The position numbers and the translations under genes were made by a program. The notes below the pieces were generated by a model. That model was not told the origin of the DNA. It searched no databases and worked only from the letters and a program-made list of their open reading frames with translations. Positions 60,283 through 64,000 of a stretch of 64,000 nucleotides of DNA are shown piece after piece; positions within the stretch are counted from its first letter, which is position 1, and each line of letters starts with the position of its first letter. This stretch comes from the human T2T-CHM13v2.0 reference genome, Homo sapiens: the NCBI RefSeq assembly GCF_009914755.1, contig NC_060929.1, one strand, 5' to 3'.

Positions 60283-62378
60283 AACCAAAACAAAACAATC
60301 TTCTAAAATTTAAAGGATGATGATAACAAGCATGATAACATTTGGCTGGTGATTTAAAGTTTGCAAAGAATGTTTAATAGTCCCAACTATTCCATGAGTC
60401 ATGCAGGGCAGACGTGATTATGTTTATATCTTCATGAGGACCCTGAGGTTCACTGGCAGGAAATAACATTCTTAATACCATTCAGCAATTTCCTTGTGTC
60501 ACTGGGATTCTGAACCATGTATTTTATACATAGAACACATGCTCACTTTTTTTCTGTGAATTATCTGTCATATATTGGTAAGGGAGCCAGTTAAAATCTT
60601 CTGTGACTTTCTGACATTATGATTTCTTAGAAGATTTCAGGTAATTCTAATGTTCAGCCAGGTCTGAGAACCACTGGTCTAGAATAAGAAGAGTGCAACC
60701 AGGTGTTTGTCATGTGAGAAAAATAGGGCATATGAAGACTTGTTGAGAAAACTTGGAATGCTATCTTGGACAAGAAAGTAATTATAAGAAAAGGTTTGAC
60801 TTAGCTCTACTGTACTAGGCAGAACTAGAGAAAATGGTGGAAGTTATAGAGATACAGGTGTCAGAAAAATAGAAGCCTTGAAATTCACAGAATTAAAATA
60901 TCGCAATAATAAACGTAAGCCTTGTGAAGTTGTAGCCTTCAGAAAACTGCTCAAACAAAAATGGACAACCATAGATCAAGAAAAATGGTGGCAGTCGGAA
61001 TTCAATGCAGATGTAAAAAATAACTAGATCTCAGATTTCAAGATACTTAATAAAATTTCACATTTGTCTTGAGACCTAATTCCCATTCTTCTGTTCATGA
61101 CTATTTAATATTTTGTGCATTTGTTAAATATTAATAATCAAAACAAATGTGTTTATTAAAAATGATCTTTTTTGCTTCTTTCTTTGTGGTCTGATCTATT
61201 TTTTAATATAACTTTTCAAATACTTAGGGGGCTGTTTTTTACACAATCACTTGCAACCTAATCTTTATAGCCTTAGTTGACAGACTGCCTGCTGAAACTA
61301 ACCGAGAGCAAAGTTAATGACTTTGGTAAGGCCAGTTAAAAAAAAGTGATGTATTTGAGAAGGCAAGAAATGCAAACACTCCTTATACCTACATGTTGAC
61401 ACCTATCTCCCTAAGACTCAGCAGTGTTTTAGCTTAATTATTTCCGGTTTTGTGACTGACCTACTTGAGATAGTTAGAAGTCAGGTAGGTATGTGACTGG
61501 GTGTTACTATAAATACATAAGACTATAACAAATTGGGTTGTAGCTCAAACCTACAGCTAGTGGAAGAAAGCCTCCCAAGAGGGCTGTATAGAAAGATGGT
61601 ATTTAGTCTTAGAAATAATTACTGGCATAAGCCCTGAAAGTTATTTATATAGAATAGAAGAGGTCAGATGATATTAAGAAAGGGGATCTCCTTACCCTGT
61701 ATCCTCAACCAGTACTATACATTAATGAATTATGTGTATAAAGATGACCCAAAAGACATTTAAAGTGCCTTTTGGGTGGTCCAAAGGAGATTAATACATA
61801 TTTAGTATAGAAAGAGACATTCAGAACTGGAGGGCACCACAGAGATAATTAATTTGACTATGTTAATTTTACAGATGAGGAAAAGAAACCCAGAGAGGCA
61901 AATTCATTTCCACATATTTTATACCTAGTTAGCAAATGTCAGGAAGAAAACCAGGGTTCCAATTTCCTAATGCGTAATCTTTGTCATTATCCCTCATCAA
62001 CCCTACCATTCAGCATGTTTTGTTGTTCTTCAGTTCTTATTAATTCTTGGGTCAAACTTTTATATCCTTTGTAACTACAATAATTATAAACTAGAGTGCC
62101 AATTTTCTTGATAACTCTAGATAAAGAGGCATTTAGAAAATGTGTCCAGCAAGAAAGAAGTATTCCATTCTGGAGTAACCGTATATGTTCCATGTGAGTT
62201 TGAGAACCTGCCTGGAGCCAGGCAACATCAGAATATATTCTCTACCTCTAACTGGAAAATTTAAGCACCCCTATCTCCATGTGGAGGTTGATAAGTAATT
62301 GTTGTCTATCTATCCATTCATTGATTAATTTTCCAATGTTGGGTCACTGTTTGTTGTTTTTCTTTCATGTGCACTTTT

Positions 62379-63054
62379 TTAAAAATTATACTTTAAGTTC
62401 TAGGGTACATGTGCACAACGTGCAGGTTTGTCACATATGTATACATGTGCCATGTTGCTGTGCTGCACCCATTAACTCGTCATTTACATTAGGTATATCT
62501 CCTAATGCTATCCCTCCCCCAGCCCCTCACCCCACAACAGGCCATGGTGTGTGATGTTCCCCTTCCTGTGTCCAAGTGTTCTCATTGTTCAATTCCCACC
62601 TATCAGTGAGAACATGCGGTGTTTGTTTTTTTGTCCTTGCTATAGTTTGCTGAGAATGATGGTTTCCAGCTTTATCCATGTCCCTACAAAGGACATGAAC
62701 TCATCTTTTTTATGGCTGCATAGTATTCCATGGTGTATATGTGCCACATTTTCTTAATCCAGTCTATCATTGATGGACATTTGGGTTGGTTCCAAGTCTT
62801 TGCTATTGTGAATAGTGCCCTAATAAACATGCGTGTGCATGTGTCTTTATAGCAGCATGATTTATAATCCTTTGGGTATATAACCAATAATGGGATGGTT
62901 CGGTCAAATGGTATTTCTAGTTCTAGATGCTTGAGGAATCGCCACACTGTCTTCCACAATGGTTGAACTAGTTTACAGTCCCACCAACAGTGTAAAAGTG
63001 TTCCTATTTCTCCACATCCTCTCTAGCACCTGTTGTTTCCTGACTTTTTAATGA
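62379..63054 (-). mobile_element. 5'-truncated L1PA (PA5-7-like)
   Basis: Antisense 3'UTR plus the ORF2 end (WKTVWRFLKHLELEIPFD...HIYTMEYYAAIKK); possible degenerate TSD atgtgcactttt / atgagctctttt. Confidence 0.93.
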
Positions 63055-63571
63055 GCTCTTTTCTATGATACGCTCCTCTTAATGTGAAACACTATTTAGG
63101 AAAATTTTCATTTTTCATGGTCTCTGAATTGTATCTAAGAAATATGGTATCTAAGAAGTATTACTTTTGAGAAATTAAAACTTAAATTTAGTGAAAAGTT
63201 TGTGTATGTTTGAAACTATGTAAAGGAAATAAAACACAATAGCCTGGGTAATGTCCAATCTGGTATGATAACATGAATTAATCAATTTATGTCTGTATAA
63301 TTCATCCAAAGACACAAGATACTTCCTTATTTTTATGAATGTATTATGAAACTTCTATTTGTGTTTTTCTGCTTAAGAATACAAATAAAACATTGTGGTT
63401 ACCACAAATCTGTATAAGATCTATGAGGAAAGCTTAGACTAACAAATATTTTCATGGAATGCATAACAAGGGGCTTGGATAGTGCTATAAAACACAATCT
63501 TAGATTCTGTTTTTTATTAAAATACTACTTGATACAGAAAGAAAACCACATCTGAAAATTAATAATAAAAA

Positions 63572-63675
63572 CCAATAGGAATGATGGGGAGTGACTCTTT
63601 AATGGGTAAAGAGCTTCTGTTTGGGATAATGGAAAAGTTCGAGAAATGGATAGTGGTGATGATTACATGACAAAA
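63572..63675 (+). mobile_element. L1M 3'UTR fragment
   Basis: ggggagtgactctttaatgggtaaagagcttctgtttgggataatggaaaagtt...gtggtgatg. Confidence 0.7.
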
Positions 63676-63788
63676 TAAAGAGAAAAAAAGAGAGGCATAT
63701 TTACGGTACAGATATGTAAATATATTCAATATATATTAAGTAAATAAGAGAGAACTTGAGGAACAAGTTTGAAGAGTTAGGATCCATT

Positions 63789-64000
63789 TGTCTTAGTCCA
63801 TTCATGCTTCAATATAACAAAATATCTTAGAAGGGATACTTTATAAAGAACAGGCATTTATTTGTCATGGTTCTGGAGGCTGGGAAGTCCACAATCAAGA
63901 CATCAGCAGATTCAGTGCCTGGAGAGGTCTGTTCTCTGCTTCCAAGATGGTGCCTTGTTGCTGTTTACTGTGTCCTCAGATAATTGAAGAGCAAAAAGGC
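63789..64000 (-). mobile_element. MST-family MaLR LTR (cut by the window end)
   Basis: tgtcttagtccatt...gttctggaggctgggaagtcca...agcagattcagtg...cttccaagatggtgcc. Confidence 0.8.

Overview
This is AT-rich, repeat-dense primate (human-like) genomic DNA lying inside the HCN1 pacemaker-channel gene on the minus strand. The only host coding sequence is one 147-bp, phase 0/0 exon (36838-36984) encoding part of the C-linker, most likely exon 5; everything else is intron. Almost all other ORFs in the supplied track are fragments of dead transposons or chance ORFs. The elements include a full-length but disabled L1PA3/4-type LINE-1 with a 15-bp TSD (30115-36279), a twin-primed inverted L1, several truncated L1s, and a near-complete THE1D-type MaLR provirus. 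There is also a near-full-length Hsmar2 mariner, MER44, Tigger4, Charlie and MER5 DNA-transposon remnants, Alus, solo LTRs, L2/MIR, and about 4.5 kb of complex AT-rich VNTR. I found no new gene or CRISPR-like system. The most unusual signals are structural: (i) at least four independent locally templated, mostly inverted insertions; (ii) a patch of unusual variants shared by two L1 copies of different age 34 kb apart, suggesting gene conversion or assembly mixing; (iii) a ~93-nt fold-back hairpin; (iv) an L1 antisense promoter facing a gene-sense LTR provirus with AATAAA signals. Repeat subfamily names come from recalled consensus sequences and need RepeatMasker/Dfam confirmation.
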